Source of the DNA: a virus
Virus record (IMG/VR): IMGVR_UViG_3300042547_000432
Length of the DNA stretch: 64,000 bases
Direction: 5' to 3' (one strand)
The position numbers and the translations under genes were made by a program. The notes beneath the pieces are model-generated. The model did not search any database and was not told the DNA's origin. It was given only the letters and a program-made list of their open reading frames with translations. Below are positions 54,494 through 62,897 of this stretch, piece by piece. Every line of letters begins with the position of its first letter. Positions within the stretch are counted from its first letter, which is position 1.

Positions 54494-54514
54494 TTTTCCA
54501 CAACCTGTGGAAAA
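54494..54514. promoter_or_regulatory. Third inverted pair of DnaA-box-like 9-mers
   Basis: TTTTCCACA at 54494-502, ACC, then TGTGGAAAA at 54506-514. Confidence 0.7.
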
Positions 54515-54519
54515 CTCTA

Positions 54520-54771
54520 TTACTTATCTCTATATGGATTCCAATTATCATTACCTACACTCTTATGATATGGTATAAAGAGTACGTTTTGTTTACTATC
54601 TGAATGTCTAGCAGCAAACCAATCAAAGAACTCTTCTTCTACTGCTTGAGCATTAAGACGATAGTATGTTTTATTCTTTGGTGTTTTACGTTTCTTGGCT
54701 GTAGAAAGCAGGGAATCAATACGATCCCCCGCCCAGTCAATTAATTCATTGTATTGTTGTTCATGCGACAT
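54520..54771 (-). CDS. Hypothetical protein
   Basis: ORF track; part of a coupled operon. Confidence 0.5.
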   Translation of the reverse strand: MSHEQQYNELIDWAGDRIDSLLSTAKKRKTPKNKTYYRLNAQAVEEEFFDWFAARHSDSKQNVLFIPYHKSVGNDNWNPYRDK

Positions 54772-54964
54772 AGAGAGTCATGTTATAATGGTCATAGGAA
54801 GCGAAGGTTTGATCTTCGGGTAGAGCATCAATCAACATGTGAACAAACTCAGCAGGAAAGAGATCACGCTTTCTGAGTAACTTAGTGCGTTCTTCATCAG
54901 TAAGATCAGAAGAATCAATAATCACTTTGTAGCTAGTGGGAGTGAGCGGGGAGAGAGTAATCAT
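54761..54964 (-). CDS. Hypothetical protein
   Basis: ORF track; overlaps its neighbours by a few nt. Confidence 0.5.
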   Translation of the reverse strand: MITLSPLTPTSYKVIIDSSDLTDEERTKLLRKRDLFPAEFVHMLIDALPEDQTFASYDHYNMTLYVA

Positions 54965-55167
54965 TTTACTTTGTCTGTAAGTTGAAGTTGACGTTCACGA
55001 GCGAGACTGTTAATCTGCTCTATGTAGTAGAATAGAGACGCATAGAACTCAATATCCTCATCATTATGATGAGTCATGGTAATACGTTCTGTTTTACCAT
55101 TGGAGCGCACATAGAGACCATCAGGTTGTTGCCAGAAGATCTCATTACCAAGTGCGACGTAGTTCAT
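54961..55167 (-). CDS. Hypothetical protein
   Basis: Likely start MNYVALG at 55167, behind TTGACA(55213-18)-17-TAAACT(55190-95). Confidence 0.5.
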   Translation of the reverse strand: MNYVALGNEIFWQQPDGLYVRSNGKTERITMTHHNDEDIEFYASLFYYIEQINSLARERQLQLTDKVK

Positions 55168-55204
55168 AGCGTTAGTTGCGACTTGATTCAGTTTAACAGA
55201 AAAT

Positions 55205-55387
55205 CTATTGAGTGTCAAGAGATCTACGAGCAAAGAACTTCATACAATTTTGAAAGTCATTCCATTCTTTATCAGTGATATTATCTGTAGCGTATGGAAT
55301 GTTAAGCGCAGTGGCACAGAATTTTTGATGTTCTGGATTGTGTGCGATGAGTTGTGTAATAAGGAAGAGATCAATCATGATTCTCAA
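55205..55387 (-). CDS. Hypothetical protein
   Basis: ORF track. Confidence 0.4.
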   Translation of the reverse strand: MRIMIDLFLITQLIAHNPEHQKFCATALNIPYATDNITDKEWNDFQNCMKFFARRSLDTQ

Positions 55388-55489
55388 ACTCTTTCATGAA
55401 TCCTTCCAAACGTTTGTTGGCACGATAGTTTTGAATGATGTCCATGATAGAATAACCAAACGAAAATCCAGCCATGATAGCAATAATAG

Positions 55490-55702
55490 TCATACAGTTT
55501 CTCCTTTAAGTGTACCGTCAAGATTAAAGATTGTGCCACAGTCAGGGCAATGGTAAGAATGTGTTCTATCTGTCTCCCACGATTGAAGAGCGATGACTCT
55601 CGAATAGAAATAGGGAGGAGAGTATGAATCGTGAAGATGTTCGGGAATAGGAATCGTATGCCACAGCGCGTTACATGCGGGGCAGTGAGAGAGTTTTTCC
55701 AT
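55490..55702 (-). CDS. Small zinc-ribbon protein
   Basis: CPAC ... CPDC pairs. Confidence 0.55.
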   Translation of the reverse strand: MEKLSHCPACNALWHTIPIPEHLHDSYSPPYFYSRVIALQSWETDRTHSYHCPDCGTIFNLDGTLKGETV

Positions 55703-56020
55703 TATGCGGTCATGATTTTGTTGTACAAATCTTCGAAGATTTCACGCTCTGTTGTATCAAGATTACTGACAAACTCAGAATCCACCAGCATTAACAGTAT
55801 ATCCTGAAGTAGAATATACTCTTCATACAACAGCGGTTCACCTTGATAAATTGCGTGTGTCATTTACAATCAGGATGCCAAACTTTCAGTTGCTCACAAT
55901 ACTGTTTCTGTTTCGCATCATAAGCATCAAACAATTTATTGTCACGCACAATGAGAAATGCGTTCCAACCAAACATTGCCGCAAACAGCAATGTAAAAGT
56001 TACAATGTACTTAGAAGACA

Positions 56021-56278
56021 TCAGCAAGCACCGTGAAAAGGATTACCGAGTTGAGGAAGATTCGAATTGTCGCGGGTTTCGATATAACCATGAGCAAGAC
56101 GCTCACGAATATCCAGTGCCATCTCAATACGATTCAGAAACTTTTTAGACACTTGACCATGAGGAGCAAAAGTCACAGCACGAAGAAACCATTCCTTGCT
56201 GATGTCACCATACGGCGTCTTCACAGGATAGAAATCAACAACCATGTTACCATCTTTGCTGGTCAGTTGCGGGGTCAT
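56021..56278 (-). CDS. Conserved cyanophage hypothetical protein
   Basis: Start MTPQLTSKDGNMVVDFYPVKTP at 56278, behind its own promoter. Confidence 0.6.
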   Translation of the reverse strand: MTPQLTSKDGNMVVDFYPVKTPYGDISKEWFLRAVTFAPHGQVSKKFLNRIEMALDIRERLAHGYIETRDNSNLPQLGNPFHGAC

Positions 56279-56302
56279 GTCGGTTCCCTTGATTACCTTA
56301 GT

Positions 56303-56357
56303 AATATAGGGCATCAGTCAGCAAAAGTCAAGCGCCCAGCCGATGAGCGTTGCTTAT
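56303..56357 (-). promoter_or_regulatory. Sigma70-type early promoter whose box is embedded in the methylase 3' end
   Basis: TTGACT(56326-31)-17-TATATT(56303-08); box ATGAGCGTTGCTTAT at 56343-57. Confidence 0.7.
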
Positions 56358-57204
56358 CAATCACAGATTGTATTCTCGTTGTGCTTATGTCTGTGTAGTG
56401 TTGTGACAAATCAATTCCTACAAAATTTCTATTTTCTTCAATCGCCGCAACGCCTGTGCTGCCTGAACCACAGAAGGGGTCCAGCACCGTAGAATTGACA
56501 GGAGAATAGATTCTGATAAGATATGCCATCAAATCAATCGGTTTGACTGTAGGATGGTCGTTGAAATCTCCTTTCTCTTTACGAGTAGCACGGGGAGCAT
56601 AGAAATACTTCTGATGCTCTGAATCTACTTCACCAATAATATTGGAAGGATAACGCCCAGCAGGATTCGCATCCACTGTCCCACACTCAGCACCAGAACC
56701 TTTGGTGTTACCATCACGACCAAATGTACGGCGACTGGCACCACCTTTCACCCAACCAGTAGGAGGTTTCTTATCCCACGGCACACGAGTATTCTCAACA
56801 TCAATCAGACCACATCCCCACTGCTCAAAGTTATCCTTGAGTGTGCCTTTGTAAGGCTTCTGTGCCACTACAATCGGTTCGTGTGCGGGTTTGAGACGAT
56901 TGTGTTTAGGCATCTTGGTGGTGGTCATCCACATAATCTGATCCTTGATTTCAAACCCAGCATCCTCCACATTCACCGCCAGACGATGATACAATTCAGG
57001 AGAACAGAAAGCTAAACAAAAAGCACCAGGGCGAAGTGTACGAAACACCTCGCGCCAGATGTCTACACTGGGCACAGAATGATCCCAGTGATCCATACCC
57101 ATACCATAGGGAGGATCAGTGATACAAGAATGAAAAGTGTTCTCCCCATATGTGGAGAGAACATCTTGACAATTACCAGTTGTGATTGAGAACGTTGAAT
57201 TCAC
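56314..57204 (-). CDS. DNA adenine-N6/cytosine-N4 methyltransferase, beta class
   Basis: Motif IV (ITDPPYGMG) precedes motif I (VLDPFCGSGSTG); HPTVKPIDLM is also present. Probable GTG start at 57204 (alternative ATG at 57222). Confidence 0.9.
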   Translation of the reverse strand: MNSTFSITTGNCQDVLSTYGENTFHSCITDPPYGMGMDHWDHSVPSVDIWREVFRTLRPGAFCLAFCSPELYHRLAVNVEDAGFEIKDQIMWMTTTKMPKHNRLKPAHEPIVVAQKPYKGTLKDNFEQWGCGLIDVENTRVPWDKKPPTGWVKGGASRRTFGRDGNTKGSGAECGTVDANPAGRYPSNIIGEVDSEHQKYFYAPRATRKEKGDFNDHPTVKPIDLMAYLIRIYSPVNSTVLDPFCGSGSTGVAAIEENRNFVGIDLSQHYTDISTTRIQSVIDKQRSSAGRLTFAD

Positions 57205-57706
57205 AGGTTTGTCTGTCGGCATGAGTGAAATAATCGGTTTTGTCTTTACCACCAGACTGAGTATACATGTTGCGAATGTAGAAGTCAAATCCACGATTAT
57301 CGTTCTGCCATTCCTCATCCAGTTGATAAGTTTTGAGAACAGCGTTGAGATCTTCCACCAGTTGAGCGTAGAGTTCACGCTTACGGTGAGAAACTACATC
57401 ATCAGCAAAGAAAATTGTTGTATCGTTGTATTTCTTGGTGCTGAAGATATAGACTACACCTTCTTTAGGAAGTCCACCGTTGTATGTAGGAAATGTTTGT
57501 TTCGAAGACTTACATTCAATGTCAACAGTTTTACCGCTGGGAAGTGTCACGCGAAAGTCAGGCGATGCCTGTGAACCATTCGGTTGATACACATATGTAT
57601 AACCATATTTGTCAAGCAAATCTTTTACTTGCTGTTCGTGAAGCGGATTGTCTTGCGAATTGGATTTGTAAGGAAGTGTAAGAACTTCTTGCCAGAATTG
57701 TTTCAT
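57173..57706 (-). CDS. PD-(D/E)xK endonuclease, putative type II restriction enzyme
   Basis: QPNGSQASPDFRV...DIECKSSK catalytic signature; overlaps the start of the methylase. Confidence 0.7.
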   Translation of the reverse strand: MKQFWQEVLTLPYKSNSQDNPLHEQQVKDLLDKYGYTYVYQPNGSQASPDFRVTLPSGKTVDIECKSSKQTFPTYNGGLPKEGVVYIFSTKKYNDTTIFFADDVVSHRKRELYAQLVEDLNAVLKTYQLDEEWQNDNRGFDFYIRNMYTQSGGKDKTDYFTHADRQTCEFNVLNHNW

Positions 57707-57746
57707 GAATTTCTCGGACTCGATTGCCCGTTGAAAGAACAAATAG

Positions 57747-57776
57747 AATATAGCATGGGCGGTGGGAGTCTGTCAA
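57747..57776 (-). promoter_or_regulatory. Sigma70-type promoter of the nuclease-methylase pair
   Basis: TTGACA(57771-76)-18-TATATT(57747-52). Confidence 0.55.
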
Positions 57777-57961
57777 CCCCCCTCAAGCGGCAATTTGCCC
57801 CGCCCCTTGGGCTTTTTTGTTTTCGTGTTTTTTTGTTGATTTCGAATGTAGGCGACCGCCTCTGCTGCCGAATTTACGTCCGCAATCTGCTGCCCATTGT
57901 AAAGTATAACGTATTTAGTGTCATACCAGGGCACTGCGGCATATCCATCTTTAGTAATCAT
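57773..57961 (-). CDS. Conserved cyanophage hypothetical protein
   Basis: DGYAAVPWY..KYVILYNGQQI...SA.EA..YI motif. Confidence 0.55.
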   Translation of the reverse strand: MITKDGYAAVPWYDTKYVILYNGQQIADVNSAAEAVAYIRNQQKNTKTKKPKGRGKLPLEGG

Positions 57962-58044
57962 AGGTGTTCGTTTGTACTTTGGTATTTTTCGGTGATCTGG
58001 CTGCGAGAAAGGGGCAACAGGTCATCCCGCTGCCCCCTTGACAA

Positions 58045-59301
58045 TTATGCGATAATGGAAGTGGGAGGGACACCCTGAACGAAGATAGCATCAACAACAT
58101 TCTGAAGACGCTTCTGAATCTGAGCACCGTAGTTGCCGTAGATAGGCACAGTCACGAAACCAAACGGTTTGCGATAGCTACCCAGGTCACCAGCAGTGAT
58201 ACGACCTTCCGCAATGTCACGCGCATCATCCATATTCATGCGGATAACGCGACCGATCGTTTGCGCCATCTCCACAATGTTGAGGTTACGAAGGAGCACA
58301 CAATGCGTCAGACCAGGAACATTCATGCCTTCAGACAGAATGCTGTAGTGAAACACCACAAACTTACGATTAGGATCTTTGCCCCACGCAGTCAGCGTGT
58401 CAAAGAATACCTCACGATTCACTTTCTGCTTGTTGACATAGGCACCATGCTTGGCGGTGATGTGAAGCACATCATAACCACGCTCAGACAGTTCCTGAAG
58501 CATCGCAGTTTGTGCTACCATACCCCAGATAATCTTGCTGCTAGGTGCTGCTACCAGAATCTTCTGACCAGCATCAGCATCAAGATTGTCAATAATATCA
58601 AGCACAGTGTTGCTGTCACAGTTGGCAGCATTATCCTTAGTGCGAGTCACCATGTCCTGCTCATGAATAACAATCTGAGGAGGAATGATACTACCAGACT
58701 GAATCAGTTCTTGAGCAGGTACAGTATGAAGAACCTTGCCAAACACAAGCGAATTGTTCATACCACGACCCATCGGATTCTTAGACTGACGAGGAGTAGC
58801 AGTAAAGAAATAGCAAGCGTCAGACATCTGCGAAACCATAGCAGTTTTAGGAAAGAACTGCTTGCTGGTAGCATTATGCGCTTCATCGAAGTAAGCTACA
58901 TCAATGTCAATACCTGCCTCAACAATCTGGTGAAGAGAATGATAGGTGGTGAAGATAACCTGATGAGCACCAGCAGCAAGACAGACGCCAGTGTGAACAG
59001 CAATCTGAGCAGGTTTGGTGGTGCTGTAATAATGAGTGTCGCCAGAGTGAACATGAAGCACCTCAACATTCATGTTGTAGGTGTTGATAACCTCCATGTA
59101 TTCCTCACACAACTGGTTGACCAGCAGCAACCTGGGACAAATAACAACCGCCGTGAGAGGGCGCTGAGAGGCGCTCAGACGGCGCACAAGGTCCATAATG
59201 GCAATCAGGGTCTTGCCACCGCCAGTGGGCACATAGACGCTGCCGTGGGTGGCAGTCAGCATCGCATCAATGGCACGTTGCTGGTGGGGACGAAGTTTCA
59301 T
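58045..59301 (-). CDS. Superfamily II DEAD/DEAH-like helicase (Res-like)
   Basis: Q motif LRPHQ, Walker A PTGGGKT, DEAH, TATP, SILSEGMNVP, QTIGRVIR. Confidence 0.9.
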   Translation of the reverse strand: MKLRPHQQRAIDAMLTATHGSVYVPTGGGKTLIAIMDLVRRLSASQRPLTAVVICPRLLLVNQLCEEYMEVINTYNMNVEVLHVHSGDTHYYSTTKPAQIAVHTGVCLAAGAHQVIFTTYHSLHQIVEAGIDIDVAYFDEAHNATSKQFFPKTAMVSQMSDACYFFTATPRQSKNPMGRGMNNSLVFGKVLHTVPAQELIQSGSIIPPQIVIHEQDMVTRTKDNAANCDSNTVLDIIDNLDADAGQKILVAAPSSKIIWGMVAQTAMLQELSERGYDVLHITAKHGAYVNKQKVNREVFFDTLTAWGKDPNRKFVVFHYSILSEGMNVPGLTHCVLLRNLNIVEMAQTIGRVIRMNMDDARDIAEGRITAGDLGSYRKPFGFVTVPIYGNYGAQIQKRLQNVVDAIFVQGVPPTSIIA

Positions 59302-59324
59302 GTGAATGTCGTTTGTATGAATAT

Positions 59325-59379
59325 AGTATGGCACGAAAAAGCAGGGAGCGCAAGCCCCCTGCCGATAAGCATTCCTTAT
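59325..59379 (-). promoter_or_regulatory. Early promoter with ATAAGC-N3-CCTTAT box
   Basis: TTGCGC(59348-53)-17-CATACT(59325-30); box at 59365-79. Confidence 0.65.
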
Positions 59380-59382
59380 TGC

Positions 59383-60426
59383 TCAGTTCCAAACAAGATA
59401 GTAAAGCTTAGCAGGATCTTCTTCTTGTAGATCTTGAGCAAGAAAGCGATGTTCACACTCAACATGATTCCAAGGAAAATTAGAACCACAACGTTCATGA
59501 ATCATACCCATGATAGTACAGATTTGACGCTCAACGCTCTTCAAATCATCGGTAAATACCTTTGCGCGAGTAGTATCAAGTTCTTGTTTTTGATAGAGTT
59601 TAACCGAAATCAGCAGGTGAAGAGGTTTGTTGGCAGCAGATGCTTGTGCCGCCATGTTAATCAGACTATTGATTCGAGAATCAAAATTGTTCATGTTGAT
59701 ATACATGGTATACTCAGAAGTATTGTTCCAATACTCATTCACCCAAGGATCTTCAGTATTTTGAAAAAACAGATCCAGTTTCTCATCATTCCAATCAGTA
59801 AAACGAGTTTCTGAAGTTACTTTACCACTAAAGATACGCTCAGCAATCAAACGATTGTATACAGATTTGATAGAACTTTCAGAAATAGCTCCAGTACCAA
59901 GAAAACGGACTTCGGTTTTAATATCTTCGTCAGTGATAATAGCACCAAGATTGATGAGAGCACGAATAGCAGATTCTACATCTTCGCGGGAAGGAGGATT
60001 GTAAACATCTTCACGCTTTTTATTAGAAGCAAGGGCAAACTTAATCTTTGCTACTTCATCGGCAAAACGAACACCTTGCGCCATCCATCCATCAATACCA
60101 AGTATATTAGATGCAAGGAAACGATGCTCACCATTGATACGATCAAGCGTATCTACATCATAGTAAATAACAGGTTTGTCAGTATCAATGCCATTAGTTT
60201 CAATATCCAATTTAAGTTTTTCTACCTGACCAAGATTAGCACCAAAAGCGCGACCAGGATTCTTCCAAGGATTCAAAAGATCCCACTTCATCATATGAGG
60301 TGTGCCGACAAGTTCAACACCATCAATATTGTATGTACTAGGAGTGTAACACCAAGAATCAGGATCACAAGCAATAGCATCCCAATAAGTAGAAACAAAA
60401 TTGTGTTCGGCAACAGAAGCAATCAT
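59383..60426 (-). CDS. Protein with a ParB/Srx-like N-terminal domain (347 aa)
   Basis: VEKLKLDIETNGID...PVIY....RINGEHRFLA resembles the ParB-N (D/N)G.HR motif. It has its own promoter, TTGCCA(60473-78)-17-TATTAT(60450-55). Confidence 0.5.
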   Translation of the reverse strand: MIASVAEHNFVSTYWDAIACDPDSWCYTPSTYNIDGVELVGTPHMMKWDLLNPWKNPGRAFGANLGQVEKLKLDIETNGIDTDKPVIYYDVDTLDRINGEHRFLASNILGIDGWMAQGVRFADEVAKIKFALASNKKREDVYNPPSREDVESAIRALINLGAIITDEDIKTEVRFLGTGAISESSIKSVYNRLIAERIFSGKVTSETRFTDWNDEKLDLFFQNTEDPWVNEYWNNTSEYTMYINMNNFDSRINSLINMAAQASAANKPLHLLISVKLYQKQELDTTRAKVFTDDLKSVERQICTIMGMIHERCGSNFPWNHVECEHRFLAQDLQEEDPAKLYYLVWN

Positions 60427-60502
60427 GTGTTTGGATCAAGAATAGAAGTATAATACCAGTTTTGAGGGGATCTGGCAACCCCATGTTAGCAATCCGTAAC
60501 GA

Positions 60503-60910
60503 TTACTTATTCATCTGAAGTGTAGGCACAGGCATACCACCTTCAGTAGGCACATAGATGGTCACGTTACCTTTCTGCGAACCTTCTTCAATACCAGTGA
60601 TGTACAGATACTGAAGATACTCACGGTTATCTTTCAGTGAATCACCGATGATTTGGTTTGCTTTAGCAACACCACCAGCACGAATAATCTCTGCCTCAGC
60701 AAGCTGTTGAGCACTATCTTTCTTTGCTTGTGCTTCCAACACTGCTACCTGACGAGTATATTCTGCTTTTTGAAGTTCTGCTTTACCAGCAAGAGATTGT
60801 TGCCACACATTATATTGTGGACCACCGATGAATACGATGGCAGCAAACACACCCACACCAAGCGCAACAGCAGCAACGGTAGGGTCAATAAATCCAGAAT
60901 TACGAGTCAT
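60503..60910 (-). CDS. Membrane-anchored coiled-coil protein (SPFH C-terminus-like)
   Basis: N-terminal TM helix, then AEAEIIRA.GVAKAN.IIGDSLK.N.EYL.YL...IYVPTE. Confidence 0.65.
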   Translation of the reverse strand: MTRNSGFIDPTVAAVALGVGVFAAIVFIGGPQYNVWQQSLAGKAELQKAEYTRQVAVLEAQAKKDSAQQLAEAEIIRAGGVAKANQIIGDSLKDNREYLQYLYITGIEEGSQKGNVTIYVPTEGGMPVPTLQMNK

Positions 60911-61124
60911 AATCAATCTCCTTGTAGGTATAACCAAAGCCGCGTTGTGCCTTGATGTTGTTTTGAATTTGTTTTTTCAGTTGTTTATACTTGTATGTTT
61001 GCTTTTTAAAATCTACATATTGACTAACGTAATTAACCCGAGTATTCTCTTCGGGAGAAGGAGAATTCTCCTCCTCCACCACTTCTTCAGATGTTACGTC
61101 AATAACTTGTTCTTCGTTCAACAT
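60900..61124 (-). CDS. Hypothetical protein
   Basis: ORF track; coupled to its neighbours. Confidence 0.45.
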   Translation of the reverse strand: MLNEEQVIDVTSEEVVEEENSPSPEENTRVNYVSQYVDFKKQTYKYKQLKKQIQNNIKAQRGFGYTYKEIDYDS

Positions 61125-61510
61125 GCGAGTGCTCCAGTAGGAATTTCAGCGATGGTGGGCATAGTGTTTTCTTCAAACAGATGAAGATTGTAGCACACCC
61201 AGTCACCATTTACATACAGGTAAGCATACTCTTCACCAGAGTTGTTACCACAGAGATAATCATATTTGTTTTCATCAAGGCGAGGAGGAGTATACTCTTC
61301 ACCGCGATCAGTATAATACTCAGGTTCGTTGTTATCGTTCCAGCAAGTGCTCATGTCACCACCATCAATCAGTTCAGCAACTTTATCTTTGGTGTTGTAA
61401 TGAGTCTTCAGAATACGACCAAGCCACTCAGGATAACCATCCCAGTGATGATACACAGAGAGCACAGATTCGTCAGCGAGTTGAATACCAATGCGAGAGC
61501 GAGTTGCCAT
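61118..61510 (-). CDS. Conserved phage protein (MATRSRIG...YHHWDGYPEWLG family)
   Basis: HWDGYP motif and EEYAYLY. Confidence 0.7.
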   Translation of the reverse strand: MATRSRIGIQLADESVLSVYHHWDGYPEWLGRILKTHYNTKDKVAELIDGGDMSTCWNDNNEPEYYTDRGEEYTPPRLDENKYDYLCGNNSGEEYAYLYVNGDWVCYNLHLFEENTMPTIAEIPTGALAC

Positions 61511-61601
61511 GATGTTCAGCGGTAAATGGTTTTGAAAAAGAATACGATGCCACCAACTAAAAGAATGTAGGTGGCAAGCACAGAAAGATTAACAATATCC
61601 A

Positions 61602-61796
61602 TCAGAGAAGACAGAAAGAACCACAATAGTTTTGTGCCCAGTTAAGTGCTTCATTCAACGGGCGAGGATTAGAAACCACCATGCTGTTACCTTCAACCTC
61701 AGCAACACAGACATATTCAGGGTTGCGAAGAGACATAGAAGGAACAAGAGTCAGGGTGCCTTGCTTGCCGCGACCAGCAGTGTAGTGGAAGACCAT
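61602..61796 (-). CDS. Hypothetical early protein
   Basis: Lies behind the promoter at 61823-61851. Confidence 0.5.
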   Translation of the reverse strand: MVFHYTAGRGKQGTLTLVPSMSLRNPEYVCVAEVEGNSMVVSNPRPLNEALNWAQNYCGSFCLL

Positions 61797-61822
61797 CGGG
61801 GGTGTGTCTCGATTACCTATGT

Positions 61823-61877
61823 AATATACTGGATTTGGGCGCTGGAGTCAAGGGGTTGAACGATCAGCGTTGCTTAT
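61823..61877 (-). promoter_or_regulatory. Early promoter with ATCAGC-N3-GCTTAT box
   Basis: TTGACT(61846-51)-17-TATATT(61823-28); box at 61863-77. Confidence 0.7.
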
Positions 61878-62151
61878 GCTGTTGCCGATACCGATAAGAC
61901 GCGGACGGGTCGGGGTCATAGAGACCACCACCAGCACGGTCATCAAGGTAGAACATAACAGAGAATGTGGCAAGAATAATACCACCAACGATTGCGGTTA
62001 CCATCAGAATTTAACGTTGACTCCGATTACTTTTGCTTTGGGATTACGAGCGAGAGCAGTTTCCCTCGCATCTTGAGGATTTACAGCTTGGACTTCTTCG
62101 TTGAAGACCTTGCCACCGACGTAGAGTTGAACAACGTAAGTCATAATAAAA

Positions 62152-62517
62152 TCACTTCATGTAAAGGTAAGCGCCTGCCCAATCAGCGTGGGCAAACAGA
62201 TATTCACGATCACGAATCAGACGCAGATCGTAACGAACGCCCTTGGCAGGTTGCCTCCAAGACGCAGACTTGTAGACTTCACCCGTCTTCTTGTCAACAA
62301 AAGCGTGAACAGAACGTTGACCACCATTGTCAATCATGATGATCTTGTGATACTTCTTGCCAGACACAAAGGTATAATCATAACCTTCGGGAGCAGCATC
62401 ACGCAGAGCATCACAGAATTGCCATACCCACTTGACAACATTAAGTTGAAGAGTATTGCGAGCATCTTGCTGAGCGCAATAGTCGCTGAAGTCTTTGGTG
62501 AGAAAAGCGGAAGTCAC
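62152..62517 (-). CDS. Conserved phage protein (GKKY.KI...SVHAFVD..TG.VYK.ASW..PAKGVRY family)
   Basis: Recognisable conserved motif; GTG start behind TTGACA(62566-71)-17-TATATT(62543-48). Confidence 0.7.
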   Translation of the reverse strand: MTSAFLTKDFSDYCAQQDARNTLQLNVVKWVWQFCDALRDAAPEGYDYTFVSGKKYHKIIMIDNGGQRSVHAFVDKKTGEVYKSASWRQPAKGVRYDLRLIRDREYLFAHADWAGAYLYMK

Positions 62518-62567
62518 TTGGGTGTCTCTCGATTACCTATGTAATATACAGGAGATCCAGCGCCGTG

Positions 62568-62897
62568 TCAAGCACTCCACCCATTAGAGCTTCTCATGAA
62601 TGCTTCAAGCACTGATAAGCGAGACTTAACATCGCACATATCACGCTGTAGATATTCGTAATCATCCTTCAGATAGTTATGCTGAAGAGCTTCATTGATA
62701 AACTTATCACGATACTCATTCAGTTCATCTTCTGTTTCAACATAGATGTTTTGAAGTTCTTCATATTTAATTTTGAGTTCTTCAAAGTTACGACGCCACG
62801 AGTCACGCTCTTTCTTCACGGCATCGTATTCCATTTTCATCAACACTTCATCACTATACTGTGCCATGTATTTAAGATCCTGTATTGTTTGATTCAT
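62568..62897 (-). CDS. Coiled-coil hypothetical protein
   Basis: Long heptad-rich helix. Confidence 0.5.
   Translation of the reverse strand: MNQTIQDLKYMAQYSDEVLMKMEYDAVKKERDSWRRNFEELKIKYEELQNIYVETEDELNEYRDKFINEALQHNYLKDDYEYLQRDMCDVKSRLSVLEAFMRSSNGWSA

Noticed and set aside
57205-57378. N-terminal extension of the methylase in the ORF track
   Set aside because: It overlaps the nuclease gene out of frame; methylase similarity begins at the GNCQDVL segment after the GTG at 57204.
58261-59430. 389-aa plus-strand ORF
   Set aside because: It is an antisense shadow of the helicase, which has all SF2 motifs; the product shows no recognisable features.
60496-60510. Degenerate class II box GTAACGATTACTTAT
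   Set aside because: It matches 11 of 15 positions but lies 17 nt rather than 10-11 nt from the -35 and overlaps a stop codon, so it was not counted.
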